Part shown: piece after piece, positions 18,937-29,409 of the stretch
Position numbering within the stretch: the stretch's first letter is position 1
Layout: each line of letters opens with the position of its first letter
Source: Candidatus Poribacteria bacterium
Lineage (GTDB): Bacteria; Poribacteria; WGA-4E; WGA-3G
DNA length: 64,000 nucleotides
Direction: 5' to 3'
NCBI GenBank assembly: GCA_965242965.1
Contig: OZ251518.1
Location: 576,001-640,000 of the forward strand
Position numbers and translations under genes: made by a program
The notes under the pieces: model-generated
Databases searched by the model: none
Told to the model about the DNA's origin: nothing
The model's input: only the letters and a program-made list of their open reading frames with translations

Positions 18937-20343
18937 ATGCCATCAATACTCATTGTAGACGACGATGCCGCGCAACTCACCATCTTGCAGCGCATCCTAA
19001 AGCGTGAAGGCTACACCGTCCAAACCGTGGGCGACAGCAACACTGCCCTCGCCGCTATGGAAGAAAAAATGTTTGATCTGGTTATCAGCGACATGTGGAT
19101 GTCCTCGCGTTTTGAAGGCCGCGAACTGCTCCGGGCGGTAAAACAGAAGGACCCGGACCTGCCGGTGCTTATCATGACGGCGTTCGCTGAACTTAACGAT
19201 GCCGTGAACCTCGTCGCGCACGAAGGCGCGTTTTATTACCTTGAGAAACCAATCCAGATCGATGTCCTCAAGCGCGAGGTGCAGCGCGCCTTGAAAACCC
19301 GCGGCGTGCTCATTTCCCCAAGCAATACCGATAGCGATAAGGCACCGCCGGACATCCGCTTTAAGAACATCATCGGTGAAAGCGAGCAGATGCAACACCT
19401 CTTCAAAAACATGTCCCGTATCATCCACCGCGGTGTCACGCAGGTGCTGATTACTGGTGAGACAGGGACAGGGAAGAGCCTTATCGCGCGCGCACTTCAT
19501 CAACACGGTGCCCGAGCGAAACAGCCGTTCGTCGCAATTAACTGCGGGGCCATTCCCGATACGCTGATTGAGAGCGAACTTTTTGGCCATGAAAAGGGTG
19601 CGTTTACCGATGCAGTGACAGAAAAAAAGGGACTGTTTGAGGTGGCACATCGCGGGGTGCTCTTCCTTGACGAGATAGGCGATATGCCTATTCAGACGCA
19701 GAGCAAACTGCTGCACGTGCTGGAAGAACGCGAAATCCGCAGAATCGGGGGAACCGAGAGTCTAAAGGTGGATGTGTGCGTGCTTGCCGCCACTAACAAA
19801 AACCTGGTCGAGGCAGTGCAAAATAGTGCCTTCCGGGAAGATCTCTACTTTCGGTTGAACGTCATCCCGCTACACGTGCCGCCGCTTCGAGAACGGCCTG
19901 ATGAGGTCCCGCAACTCGTGAATTTCTTCATCCAGAAATTCAGCACTGAATACGCGGGCGCGCCAACGAAAAAGGTCACGCCGCAAGCGATGTCCGCGCT
20001 CAGACGGTATCAATGGCCCGGCAACATCCGCCAACTGGAGAACTATCTCCGCCGCATCTTTGTCCTTTCGGAAAACGTGGTGATTGACATGGAGGAATTG
20101 CCCCCCGAAATTTTGGATACCTCACTACCCGTAACTGACGTTGAATTCGATATTCCAGAAGATGGGGTCTCTTTGGAGGAGATCATTAAGGAATACGTGT
20201 GCAGCGCGTTGACGAAGACGCACGGACAGCAGATCAAAGCGGCGCAATTGTTAGGCATTTCGCGCCGCAAACTGCAACACCGGATGCAGAAATATGGCTT
20301 GCATAGCCAAGATTTCAAGGGCGGCGCGGCGGAATCGGATTAG
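18937..20343 (+). CDS. Sigma-54-dependent response regulator (NtrC/AtoC family)
   Basis: Receiver ILIVDDD...VISD; [48 protein letters not shown]; Fis HTH. Confidence 0.95.
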   Translation: MPSILIVDDDAAQLTILQRILKREGYTVQTVGDSNTALAAMEEKMFDLVISDMWMSSRFEGRELLRAVKQKDPDLPVLIMTAFAELNDAVNLVAHEGAFYYLEKPIQIDVLKREVQRALKTRGVLISPSNTDSDKAPPDIRFKNIIGESEQMQHLFKNMSRIIHRGVTQVLITGETGTGKSLIARALHQHGARAKQPFVAINCGAIPDTLIESELFGHEKGAFTDAVTEKKGLFEVAHRGVLFLDEIGDMPIQTQSKLLHVLEEREIRRIGGTESLKVDVCVLAATNKNLVEAVQNSAFREDLYFRLNVIPLHVPPLRERPDEVPQLVNFFIQKFSTEYAGAPTKKVTPQAMSALRRYQWPGNIRQLENYLRRIFVLSENVVIDMEELPPEILDTSLPVTDVEFDIPEDGVSLEEIIKEYVCSALTKTHGQQIKAAQLLGISRRKLQHRMQKYGLHSQDFKGGAAESD

Positions 20344-20369
20344 CATCAGATGCCTTAGACACGCCAGAT

Positions 20370-22481
20370 TTAGAACGTCACCGTAACCCCCAACGTCGGT
20401 AGAATAGGGAGTTGCGGTTCTTCGTCAATTTCACATCCGATGACTGCACCCGTATTTTCATCGCGCGCTACACTGAAAGCGTATTGATCTACGTTCGTGT
20501 GGTTATAGAGGTTTAAGATTTGGAAATACCACGTGAGTTCCCACCGCCGATACGGGCGCCGTTTGGTAATCCGAAAATCGAGGCTATGATACGCAGGCAG
20601 TCTTTCCGAATGCGTTTCGCCGAACTGCCTGTCGCAAGCGAGCGTTCTGTCAGGTAATCGCACCTCTGAGTGAATCAGCGGTGTTCTCGGTTCACCGGTA
20701 TGGAACCGCCAACTGACATAGAGATGCCACGTCTGCGAGAGTTGGTGACTGCTGCTCAGGGACAGTGAATGTCGCCGGTCGCGCTGTCGGAAGATGGTTT
20801 CCCCATCAGTCACCTCTTCTGCTATTCCGTAAGCGTAGCCGAGACTCCATGTCCCCCGTTCAGAAAAGGCGTGCGTTACGAAGAGGTTCATCCCGCGCGC
20901 GTCCCCAGATTCGGGTGGGAAGAAAACTTGATTTTGTCGTCCAAACTCCCGAATCCTACCGGCGAGATTGGCGAAGCGGTTGTAGTATCCTTCCACCTGC
21001 ATCAAGAAATTATCGGCTGGCGAGTATTCACCGCCGAGGATGTAGTGCGTGGCTTGCTCAGCGCGTCCCGCCGTGCGTATGCCATCTTCCACCGGCACCC
21101 CCATCAGGTGAATCGGTTGATGGTAGATTCCCCACGCACCCCGCAAAACTAGGGCATCTGTCGCTTGCAGTGCCAGCGCGACGCGCGGCCCGACTTCATA
21201 ACGCTGAACGCCTGTCTCCCGATAGTCCTGAAACACGTAACGTCCACCGACATTGAGAGCGAGTTTTGGATGCAGTTGCCATTCATCTTGCAGAAACGCC
21301 TTGAATTCGTTGCCGGTATCCTCAAAATCGACTCGGATTGGTTGATAGACATTGACTCCCGCCTGTCGTTCCCGCACGTCATAATCGTATTGCGCCGCTA
21401 GCCATCGCCACGAAATCCCGCTGCGGAAAGTGTGTTGTTCCAGCAGGTTCGCTGTGAGTTCCGCCTTTGTGCCGAGGAAGCGAAAGTCGCGATTGTCAAA
21501 ATCTGCCTTCCCGGTGGTTCTATCCTGTTGCGCAGTGCCGCCGAAAACATACACATCTGTCCAGTGCGTCGCGCCGAGTTTGTGCCGCCACTTCGCCCAC
21601 ACCGTTGCATTATGATAAAGGGAATCCAAGTTGTTATCAGTGTCATCAACGCGGATGCGGTTCTGATCCCAGCCGTATAACCCGTTGAGCGTGAGCGTGT
21701 CTGTATCTGTGAGTTGATACGTCAGTTTTCCGTAGGCATCGGCGTATTGCGGGTTATACATCTCGTCAATATCCATGAGCGCGAGGATGAAATCGACGTA
21801 GCCGCGGCGTGCAGACAAGAGCCAGCCGCCTTTGTCTGTAAGCGGTCCTTCGAGCATCGCGGTTGCATTAATCAGGTCCAACCCGAAATTAGCGGAGATT
21901 TTCTCGGCGTTTATCGCCTTTGTGGTGATGTCAAACACGCCGGACATTTTCTCGCCGTATGCTGCAGGGAAGCCGCCCATGAACATTTCGGCTCGCTGGA
22001 TGAGCCCGAGCCCTATCAGCGATACTGCGCCGCCGAAGTCTTGAAGATGGTAGGGGTTATAGAGTTCCATCCCGTCAAGTCTGACAGAGATGTCCTCTTT
22101 TTCTCCGCCGCGCACGCTGAACCGCGCGCTGTAATCCGCCGCTACCACACCGGGAAAGATGTGCCCGGCACGCATAATATCGTTGTCAACGAGGGGAATG
22201 CGTTCGATCTCCTGTTTTGATAGCGACAGCCGTGCCGCCGTGCCATCGTAAATCGTAAATCGTCCTGGGGTAACGACGATTTTTGGGAGTTGGATGGGTT
22301 CTTCCTCCTCTTGCGCGAAAACTACGCCGCCTACAGTTAGCAAAGTTGTCCATCCCCAAAATAGGATGGGAAGCATTAGATATATTGAGAACCGACATCG
22401 GGATGTGTCCATTCGGTTGCACCTTTCAAAAAGATTGTTTTTAAGACAGACGCAGATGAACTCGGTGGTAGCCTCTGGCAT
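20370..22481 (-). CDS. TonB-dependent receptor
   Basis: Plug FSVRGG...LDG..LYNPYH, GGFPAAYG..MSGV; barrel FLQDEW, RLPAYHSLD, NLYN; terminal Phe; start could be 22412. Confidence 0.9.
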   Translation of the reverse strand: MPEATTEFICVCLKNNLFERCNRMDTSRCRFSIYLMLPILFWGWTTLLTVGGVVFAQEEEEPIQLPKIVVTPGRFTIYDGTAARLSLSKQEIERIPLVDNDIMRAGHIFPGVVAADYSARFSVRGGEKEDISVRLDGMELYNPYHLQDFGGAVSLIGLGLIQRAEMFMGGFPAAYGEKMSGVFDITTKAINAEKISANFGLDLINATAMLEGPLTDKGGWLLSARRGYVDFILALMDIDEMYNPQYADAYGKLTYQLTDTDTLTLNGLYGWDQNRIRVDDTDNNLDSLYHNATVWAKWRHKLGATHWTDVYVFGGTAQQDRTTGKADFDNRDFRFLGTKAELTANLLEQHTFRSGISWRWLAAQYDYDVRERQAGVNVYQPIRVDFEDTGNEFKAFLQDEWQLHPKLALNVGGRYVFQDYRETGVQRYEVGPRVALALQATDALVLRGAWGIYHQPIHLMGVPVEDGIRTAGRAEQATHYILGGEYSPADNFLMQVEGYYNRFANLAGRIREFGRQNQVFFPPESGDARGMNLFVTHAFSERGTWSLGYAYGIAEEVTDGETIFRQRDRRHSLSLSSSHQLSQTWHLYVSWRFHTGEPRTPLIHSEVRLPDRTLACDRQFGETHSERLPAYHSLDFRITKRRPYRRWELTWYFQILNLYNHTNVDQYAFSVARDENTGAVIGCEIDEEPQLPILPTLGVTVTF

Positions 22482-22501
22482 TTGCGTCCGGATTATTTTA
22501 A

Positions 22502-23299
22502 TGCGGGTGTTTCATATTTTGATGTTTTCCCGGTAGGAGAGACCTCCTGGTCTCGATGTAATACCGTAGGGGAAACCGCCTAGTCTTGATATTGTCCGCA
22601 CAATCCATCGATCGCGGGGGACAGGCCCCCGCGCTACGATAAAAAAACGCCACTTCACCGTAGGGCGAGGGCCTGTCCCTCGCCATGCTTTTCGCTGTCA
22701 GACTGCATCACCCCTGTAGGTCAGGATCGCCTGCTCCCGACCCGTTTGTGATCAGGCGATCACAAACTACAGATGGGGAAACACACATCGGGACGATGGA
22801 CAACGCGGGGGCCTGTCCCCCGCGCTACGATGAAAAAACGCCACTTCACCGTAGGGCTTGGGCCCTCGGATGCCACACGCGCATGCGAGCGGGTTTCCCT
22901 CGCCATCGTTCGCGCTCCGGAAAAAACGTCTCTTAGGTCCGTAGGACCTTAATGTCTATAGCGCGCGTGCTAGCGAAGAATCCTAAGGTCCTTTAGGTCC
23001 TTAATAGGTTTTGCCAGGTCTGCTCGTTTTTTATTAAGGACCTAAAGGACCTTGACAACGGCACTGCACGTTTTTCTATAGACATTAAGGACCTAAAGGA
23101 CCTAAAACGCACCTCGTAATGATGGCACTCGCGGGGGACAGGCCCCCGCGCTACGATAAAAAAAACGGTTCTTGAGCCATCGCGGAGGTCTGTCCCCCGC
23201 GCTAGGGGAAAATCGAGACCGGGAGGTCTCTCCTACCGAGGATCCCTCAAGACCAGGAGGTCTTTCCTACCGAACACATCAAGATATGAAACACCCTCA
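22502..23299. mobile_element. MITE-like element (798 bp): TIRs enclosing REP mosaic, 6-bp direct repeat TTTTAA
   Basis: TTTTAA|TGCGGGTGTTTCATA ... TATGAAACACCCTCA|TTTTAA; imperfect inverted symmetry extends about 50 bp. Confidence 0.8.
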
Positions 23300-23310
23300 T
23301 TTTAATGCAC

Positions 23311-23340
23311 ATTATAGCATAAGATAGGACGGATTGTCAA
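23311..23340 (-). promoter_or_regulatory. sigma70 promoter facing the TonB receptor gene
   Basis: TTGACA-N18-TATAAT with TG extension on the minus strand. Confidence 0.65.
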
Positions 23341-23537
23341 CGTGGTAAGTCCGCGCTCAAGACGATTCAGTTCTGTTCGGGTTCGCCTAATCGCACCCGG
23401 GTCAAGAGCAGGCAATCTGGTTTCCCCACGCGGGCCAGGGCCACTGCCGCTTTTTCATTTCAGAACAAAAATCTTGGCAGATTTTCCGAAAAATGCTATA
23501 CTTTCGTTAAATTTCATGCACGGATGGATAACGAGTT

Positions 23538-24317
23538 ATGCTTTCTACAAAATGGTTCTACGCTTTTGCATGCGTGTGCCTTCTCTTTTCAACAACCACT
23601 AGCAGTTTCGCCGCGAAAGGGTTTGATTATCTTCCCGATGACGACACACTCGGCCTTTGGCATTTTGATGATGCCAAGGGGGTAGATGCCTCCGAAAACG
23701 GAGTGGAGTCGGACGTTGAAGGGAAAGCGGCGTGGGATGCAAATCAAGATTGGAACAGAGAGGCTAAGCCCGGTAAATCGTTCGTCTTTGATGGAAACAC
23801 GGTGATTTCGCTCGGAGAAGCGGACGTGCTGATTCCTAAAGTTGCGATTACTATTGAAGCCTGGGTCTACCCTGAGGATTTGTCGGGGTGGCGGCTCATC
23901 TGCACGAATTGGGACGGACCGCCGGGTGCCTATCACTTAGGCGTTGAAAACGGCATCGCCAAATTCCATATTAACACCGAGAAAGGCGTGGCGTTTGCAG
24001 GCGCAGCGAAACCTCTTGAGTTGGAACAGTGGCAGCACGTCGCCGGCACCTATGATTCCAATGAAATTAAACTCTACATTGATGGCAAAGAGGTGGGTGC
24101 GACGAACCACGGCGGAAAACTCGTCGGCGCGGGATTTGATGTCATCATAGGCAGTAAAAATACGCGACAGTTTAATTGGAAAGGCTTGATGGACGAAGTG
24201 CGGATAAGCGGTATCGCCAGGGATGCAGACGTGCTGAGCCCAAACTTAGCCGCGCCGCAAGCCGTTGAATTCACGGCAGTCTCTTTGCCAATCCGATGGG
24301 GGCAACTCAAACAATGA
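23538..24317 (+). CDS. Secreted LamG-like jellyroll protein with C-terminal WG-x-LK motif
   Basis: Signal peptide; GLWHFD, TIEAWV, WQHVAGTYD...LYIDG, G.MDEVRIS; ends QAVEFTAVSLPIRWGQLKQ. Confidence 0.9.
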   Translation: MLSTKWFYAFACVCLLFSTTTSSFAAKGFDYLPDDDTLGLWHFDDAKGVDASENGVESDVEGKAAWDANQDWNREAKPGKSFVFDGNTVISLGEADVLIPKVAITIEAWVYPEDLSGWRLICTNWDGPPGAYHLGVENGIAKFHINTEKGVAFAGAAKPLELEQWQHVAGTYDSNEIKLYIDGKEVGATNHGGKLVGAGFDVIIGSKNTRQFNWKGLMDEVRISGIARDADVLSPNLAAPQAVEFTAVSLPIRWGQLKQ

Positions 24318-26059
24318 GCGAAAACGCCGTATCCGCTTTACAACGAGGCATCGCTTTCTTACGCAGACAACAACGCGCAGCGGGAAACTTTGAAGGACAG
24401 CTCTCCTCCAGCACCTTTCCTTCTTGCGCTTATGCATGGGTGCAACTCGCCCAAGGCGAAACACCGGACAAATCCCAACTTGACTGGTTTATCGCAAACC
24501 AAAACGGCGAGGGGAAATGGGGTTTGGATGTCGCGAACATCTCCAATACGGAAGCAACGCTGTTTGCGAAACTCATCTTGTCAGAGACGCATCGGCGCGA
24601 ACCGAACGCTGTCCCAGCGGAACTGCTGGAATCAATTCCGCCGCACCCACTCAACTTGGCACTCGTCAAATTGGCTTACGCCGATTTCAATCAATTTGAC
24701 TGGAACGAACTCACCTTCTCAGAAAAAGCGTTGCCGTTGATGAAAATGGCGAAGCGGTTAACTAAACTCCCTTTCCTTCGCGGCAGGCTGCAGCCGCCGA
24801 GGCATCGTTTGCCCCCGGTCGCGATGTTCAACACGCCGCTGTTTGACGAACTGTTCATTGCAGAACAACATACCCTCGTCCCGGTCTTCCTCATGATCGA
24901 ACTGCAGACGAAAAAGCGGCCGGAACTCATCGCATCGCTTGCGGCGTGGCTGAAAGCGCGCGTGCTGAGCGATGGCAGTTGGTTTCGTGTAAACTATATC
25001 ACCGCGCTTTCGGTATTAGCACTGATTGCATTGCAGAAAGAGGGTTCGCAATCCGATGAGGAGATTGCGGGGCTCATTGCACGCGGCATCGCGTGGCTGC
25101 GTGCGACGCAGAACCCTGACGGTGGCTGCAGGGAGGCGGTGAATCTTAATGTCTGGGATACCGCGCTGAGTATCATCGCGCTGACCGAGGGGCACGCCGA
25201 AACAGCAACGGGCAACGATAGAAACGATAGAAACGATAGAAATGGTGGTGAAATTTTGGAAGATGCGGCGCAATGGCTGGTTGCGCATCAAAATTCCGAT
25301 GGTGGATGGGCATTTTCGGGATTGCGCGATAGTTCACTTCCTAGCGATGCAGACGATTCGGCTTTGGCGACGCTGGCATTAATTCGGGTAACCGCCGCTC
25401 CCACCGGGATAGAGGATGCTATCCAGCGGGGCATCGCTTGGTTGAAGGCGAATCAAGGGGCTGATGGCAGTTGGAGCACCTATCAACCCGGGCAGGGTGA
25501 TGTCGGGTGTGTCAGCATCACGACGCATGCGATAGAGGCGTTGCTCGCATCCGGTGAGAATGAGGCGTGCATTGCGCGCGGCATTCGCTGGCTACGCGCC
25601 GAAATTCAGAGCGACGGCTATTGGCAAGATCTTTGGCTGGCGAAGCGGACATACGGCACGGCGTGCGCCATCATCGCTCTTCTTAAAACAGGAATGACGG
25701 ATGCACCGGAGATCATGCGAGGCGTGCGTTGGCTGGAAAGCATGCAAAATGCTGATGGCGGCTGGGGTGAAGATATGTTCGGTAACCCTACCGGTAGCAC
25801 GGTGGAGCAGACGGCGTGGAGCACTTACGCGCTGTTGTTAGCTGATAGCGCGCCTACCGGTGGAGCTGCCCAAACCGGCACTGCTGCACAGAAGGGAATA
25901 GACTATCTCTGTCGGCATCAAACGGAAGAGGGTTCGTGGCAGGAAAGTTGCGTTGGTATCTATTGGGAAATCATCGGTGGTTACGCCGACCCGATTAATG
26001 CTTCCGTTTTTCCGTTGTTGGCATTGCATCAGTACACGCAGGGCATGCAAAAAATATAA
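24314..26059 (+). CDS. Squalene-hopene cyclase-like class II terpene cyclase
   Basis: Several QW repeats (WLRATQNPDGG, WLVAHQNSDGGW, WLESMQNADGGW), VWDTA, DADDS motif; ATGA overlap with the LamG gene. Confidence 0.8.
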   Translation: MSENAVSALQRGIAFLRRQQRAAGNFEGQLSSSTFPSCAYAWVQLAQGETPDKSQLDWFIANQNGEGKWGLDVANISNTEATLFAKLILSETHRREPNAVPAELLESIPPHPLNLALVKLAYADFNQFDWNELTFSEKALPLMKMAKRLTKLPFLRGRLQPPRHRLPPVAMFNTPLFDELFIAEQHTLVPVFLMIELQTKKRPELIASLAAWLKARVLSDGSWFRVNYITALSVLALIALQKEGSQSDEEIAGLIARGIAWLRATQNPDGGCREAVNLNVWDTALSIIALTEGHAETATGNDRNDRNDRNGGEILEDAAQWLVAHQNSDGGWAFSGLRDSSLPSDADDSALATLALIRVTAAPTGIEDAIQRGIAWLKANQGADGSWSTYQPGQGDVGCVSITTHAIEALLASGENEACIARGIRWLRAEIQSDGYWQDLWLAKRTYGTACAIIALLKTGMTDAPEIMRGVRWLESMQNADGGWGEDMFGNPTGSTVEQTAWSTYALLLADSAPTGGAAQTGTAAQKGIDYLCRHQTEEGSWQESCVGIYWEIIGGYADPINASVFPLLALHQYTQGMQKI

Positions 26060-26069
26060 CCCCTCGAAT

Positions 26070-26600
26070 CCGTAGGGGATCCGGTGGAGATCAGGCGATC
26101 GCCACCTACAGAAAAATATAACCCCCCGAATCCGTAGGGCGAGGGCCTGTCCCTCGCCAGCGTCCGCGTAATCCAACATTCGCGGGGGACAGGCCCCCGC
26201 CCTACGATGAAAAAATGCATGCCCGCGTTCACGAACAAAAAACGCCCCTTTCACCGTAGGGCGAGGGCCTGTCCCTCGCCATGCCGCGATCGCCGCGCTG
26301 ATTGTGTTTATTATTTTCACCGATTTGCAGGTTTTTGTCAATTATTTTGGACGACTATGATCGCGAGGGACAGACCCTCGCGCTACGGTGAAAAAACGCG
26401 CGCCTTTACGTTCGCGAGGGACAGGCCCTCGCGCTACGGTGAAAAAACACGTGTCTTTACGATCGCGGGGGACAGGCCCTCGCGCTACGATGAAAAAACG
26501 CGTGCCTTTACGATCGCGAGGGACAGGCCCTCGCGCTACGGTAGGAGAAAAGCCCCTCTTCACCGTAGGGCAAGGATGGCAAAGACCTGTCCCTCGCCAT
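26070..26600. repeat. REP mosaic including four tandem 51-bp units
   Basis: TCGCGAGGGACAGGCCCTCGCGCTACG at a 51-bp period from about 26360 to 26540, flanked by GTAGGGCGAGGG copies. Confidence 0.9.
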
Positions 26601-26644
26601 GCCGCGACCGCGAAGAACATTCCCCCATCCAACGACTGTTTAAC

Positions 26645-27316
26645 ATGAATTCCATCATCATCCCCGTTCTAAACGAAGAAAAAATCTTATCGCAAACCCT
26701 CAATCGGCTTCAACCCGAATTGGCGAACCATGAACTCATCATTGTTGATGGCGGCAGCACGGATGCTTCGGTGAGCATCGCGCAAAAATTCGGGAAGGTA
26801 GTCTTTTCCGAACGCGGACGCGCGAAACAACTCAACGCTGGTGCCGCAGCGGCGACCGGGGATATTCTCATTTTCTTACACGCCGATGTTTGGCTGGAAC
26901 CGGGCGCGATGGCCGCCGTAGAAACCGCGCTCGCCAACGGGGACATCGGCGGCGCATTCCGACAAAAGATTGACTGCAAGCATTTTTTATATCGGTTCAT
27001 TGAGGCAGCCGCCAACTTTCGGGCAAAACGGTTGCGGGTGTTTTACGGCGATGGCGGCATTTTTCTGGCGCGGACCCATTTTCAGCAGATTGGCGGGTTT
27101 CCTGACGTTCCGATTTTAGAGGAAATGGGATTTTCAAAGGCACTGCGCCGACTCGGCAAAACCACCCTCATTTCACCGTGTATCCATATCTCACCACGGC
27201 GCTGGGAAGAAGGTGGGCTCGTCAGGACGACGTTGAACAATTGGCTGATAACGCTGCTCTATTTTCTGGGGGTTTCGCCGGAACGGCTTGCGAAGTTGTA
27301 TCGGCACATTCGGTAG
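26645..27316 (+). CDS. Family 2 glycosyltransferase (TIGR04283-like)
   Basis: SIIIPVLNEE, VDGGSTD, GRAKQLNAGA, FLHAD, YGD.GIF, GGFPD.PI.E, S.RRWE, L..LY; upstream ORF extension is REP-derived. Confidence 0.88.
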   Translation: MNSIIIPVLNEEKILSQTLNRLQPELANHELIIVDGGSTDASVSIAQKFGKVVFSERGRAKQLNAGAAAATGDILIFLHADVWLEPGAMAAVETALANGDIGGAFRQKIDCKHFLYRFIEAAANFRAKRLRVFYGDGGIFLARTHFQQIGGFPDVPILEEMGFSKALRRLGKTTLISPCIHISPRRWEEGGLVRTTLNNWLITLLYFLGVSPERLAKLYRHIR

Positions 27317-27324
27317 GTTGAACC

Positions 27325-27376
27325 ATCGAGACCAGGAGGTCTCTCCTACTGTTGAGACGCAGGAGGTCTCTCCTAC
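27325..27376 (-). repeat. Two GTAGGAGAGACCTCCTG-type REPs between convergent genes
   Basis: GAGGTCTCTCCTAC twice; the second supplies the TAG stop of 27373..28329. Confidence 0.8.
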
Positions 27377-28329
27377 TGACGCTTCATTTTACCCCAGACC
27401 GTGGTTAACTGCGATGCTTTCGGCGCAACGGGCAACGCTACTTCGTCAAACCAGTCCGCATCGGTATTGTTTCCCTTGGTTGTGAGTTGTATCGGTTTCC
27501 CGCGTCCTGTCACAGCGACTTTGTAGAGCTGCGTCCGTCCTCCCTCTTTTCTCTCATACAGGATCTCATCGCCGTGCGGGGACCAGGTTGGATGATTGAC
27601 AATCCGATCTTTCACGAGATGCTTCACCTGAACGCCATCGCGAGACGTAATGTAGAGCGACATCTTATCGTCTACGCGCAGCGGACCGACTTGATTCCGC
27701 GGCCACTTGAAGCCGGCAAACGCGAGCCCATCACCGGCAGGAGACCAGGCGGGGTGTTTCATGATATACTTTTGTTCCCGAAGTAGCACATCTACGCTGC
27801 CTGTGTAGACATTGATGAGGTAAATATCCATACTCCCTCCCCAACCGTAGGCGATTTCTGTTCCATCAGGTGACCAGGTTGGATAGGCATATCTCCAATC
27901 AATTCGCGCCAATTGTTTGGCACCTGCGCCGGTGCGAGTCGCAGTCTTTATCATGTTTTTGTCGTGCCGCACGTAGGCAATCTGGATGTTGTCAGGAGAC
28001 CAGGTGGGTTCGGCGCGGTGTCTCGCGTTTTTAAAGACAGGACGCACTCTACTTCCATCCGCACGCATCAAATATAAATCCGGTATCCTGTCGCGAGTTG
28101 ACACAAATAGGATATGCTTGCCATCGGGGGACCAGGCCGGGTCAAAATCTTCCGCAGGGTGACGGGTTAAATTCGTCTGTTTGCGTCCATCGGGATTCAT
28201 GACGTAGATGTCTCTGTTCCCATCTCGGTTTGAGGTAAAGGCAATTTTGTGTTGGGTTCGCGCGTGTGCATGTAGACACAATAGGGAGAGGATTAGGACG
28301 CAAAAAAGCGTTAGACAGAGAGGTTTCAT
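27373..28329 (-). CDS. Secreted TolB-like (PD40) beta-propeller with C-terminal WG-x-MK motif
   Basis: KIAFTSNRDGN.DIYVM, repeated P.WSPDG; ends LPVAPKASQLTTVWGKMKRQ. Confidence 0.88.
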   Translation of the reverse strand: MKPLCLTLFCVLILSLLCLHAHARTQHKIAFTSNRDGNRDIYVMNPDGRKQTNLTRHPAEDFDPAWSPDGKHILFVSTRDRIPDLYLMRADGSRVRPVFKNARHRAEPTWSPDNIQIAYVRHDKNMIKTATRTGAGAKQLARIDWRYAYPTWSPDGTEIAYGWGGSMDIYLINVYTGSVDVLLREQKYIMKHPAWSPAGDGLAFAGFKWPRNQVGPLRVDDKMSLYITSRDGVQVKHLVKDRIVNHPTWSPHGDEILYERKEGGRTQLYKVAVTGRGKPIQLTTKGNNTDADWFDEVALPVAPKASQLTTVWGKMKRQ

Positions 28330-28381
28330 GATGAAAAGAAAATGAGTGCCGGGAGGGCACGATGCCCTCCCGAACGCGAAA

Positions 28382-29248
28382 TTAGCGCACCTGTTTAATC
28401 GAACCCCAGGTTGTCGCTAACTTGTTCTTGGCTTCGACATCAAACGTGCCGTTTTCAGCGAGCCAGTTGTTGATGAACTCGGCGACACCGACACCACGGA
28501 TGTCGGGCTTATCGGCCCACACCGGGGCACCGAGCTGCCACATCGCGGCAATCATGCCAGTGCCATCTTTTCCAGGCGTTTTACTGACTGCCACCGCCGG
28601 GTCTGCCGTGTTTTTATCCGATTGTGCGAAAACGACGACATCCCAATCTGAACCATCAAACTGTTCAAGATGCCACGGACGGGTGGATTTGAAAGGCTTC
28701 ATCGAGGGAATAGCCTTTTTCCCGATGTCTGTCGGTTCCGAATTACCACCCCGGTCGGCGAAGGTGAGGTTATCAATGTCAAAGACATTTGCGGCTCCCG
28801 CTGCGCCATTATCGGGGCTCCGAACGCCGCCTTCGTAGCTCATGTAGAAAATCCAGTCGGCGACGTTAATGACGACGTTGCCTTCTTCAACGAAGTTTTC
28901 CACGTTAGAGCCATCAGGCTTTTTGTTCGGGAACGGATACAACGCGCTCGGTGTTGTGCCGCACGCGAGGATGATAACGTCTTGCTGCCCGTTGCCGGTA
29001 TGTTCAACGCACCACTGCGCGAGTGGGGAATTGTCACCCTCTTCGTCGCCATCACCGAAATCTTCGATGCTGTTGAAGAGTGCCTTGATACCGGCATCGT
29101 TCTTGATCGCCTTAACATTTTCTGCTACCGCACCGTCGGAAATCCAACCGGGATTCGTCGGGCCGGAGTAAAATGCCAAGTCATTGGCTTGAACGATAGC
29201 CATGCTGCTCATGAGAGCAAAAATGGCTAGACACACATAGAATTTCAT
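28382..29248 (-). CDS. Secreted hypothetical protein (paralogue of 29410..30285) with C-terminal WG motif
   Basis: Signal peptide, GGAGG RBS; ends FDVEAKNKLATTWGSIKQVR. Confidence 0.85.
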   Translation of the reverse strand: MKFYVCLAIFALMSSMAIVQANDLAFYSGPTNPGWISDGAVAENVKAIKNDAGIKALFNSIEDFGDGDEEGDNSPLAQWCVEHTGNGQQDVIILACGTTPSALYPFPNKKPDGSNVENFVEEGNVVINVADWIFYMSYEGGVRSPDNGAAGAANVFDIDNLTFADRGGNSEPTDIGKKAIPSMKPFKSTRPWHLEQFDGSDWDVVVFAQSDKNTADPAVAVSKTPGKDGTGMIAAMWQLGAPVWADKPDIRGVGVAEFINNWLAENGTFDVEAKNKLATTWGSIKQVR

Positions 29249-29409
29249 GATATGGAATTCCTCCTAGTTGTTGGAGCGGTTCGTTAGGAACAGCTCTATT
29301 TATCTTTATCGGACAGACGTGGCACCGTTTCCCATGTAATAGGCGCGCTAGTTCAGTGGCGCGGCGCAAACCGCGCCTACTAACTAGCGTCTGTCCTGTC
29401 GATCGAATA

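Noticed and set aside
26359-26545. Regularly spaced palindromic repeats resembling a CRISPR array (also 53980-54192 and 37345-37715)
   Set aside because: Spacers are near-identical to each other, the repeats are the dispersed GTAG-REP, and no cas genes are present
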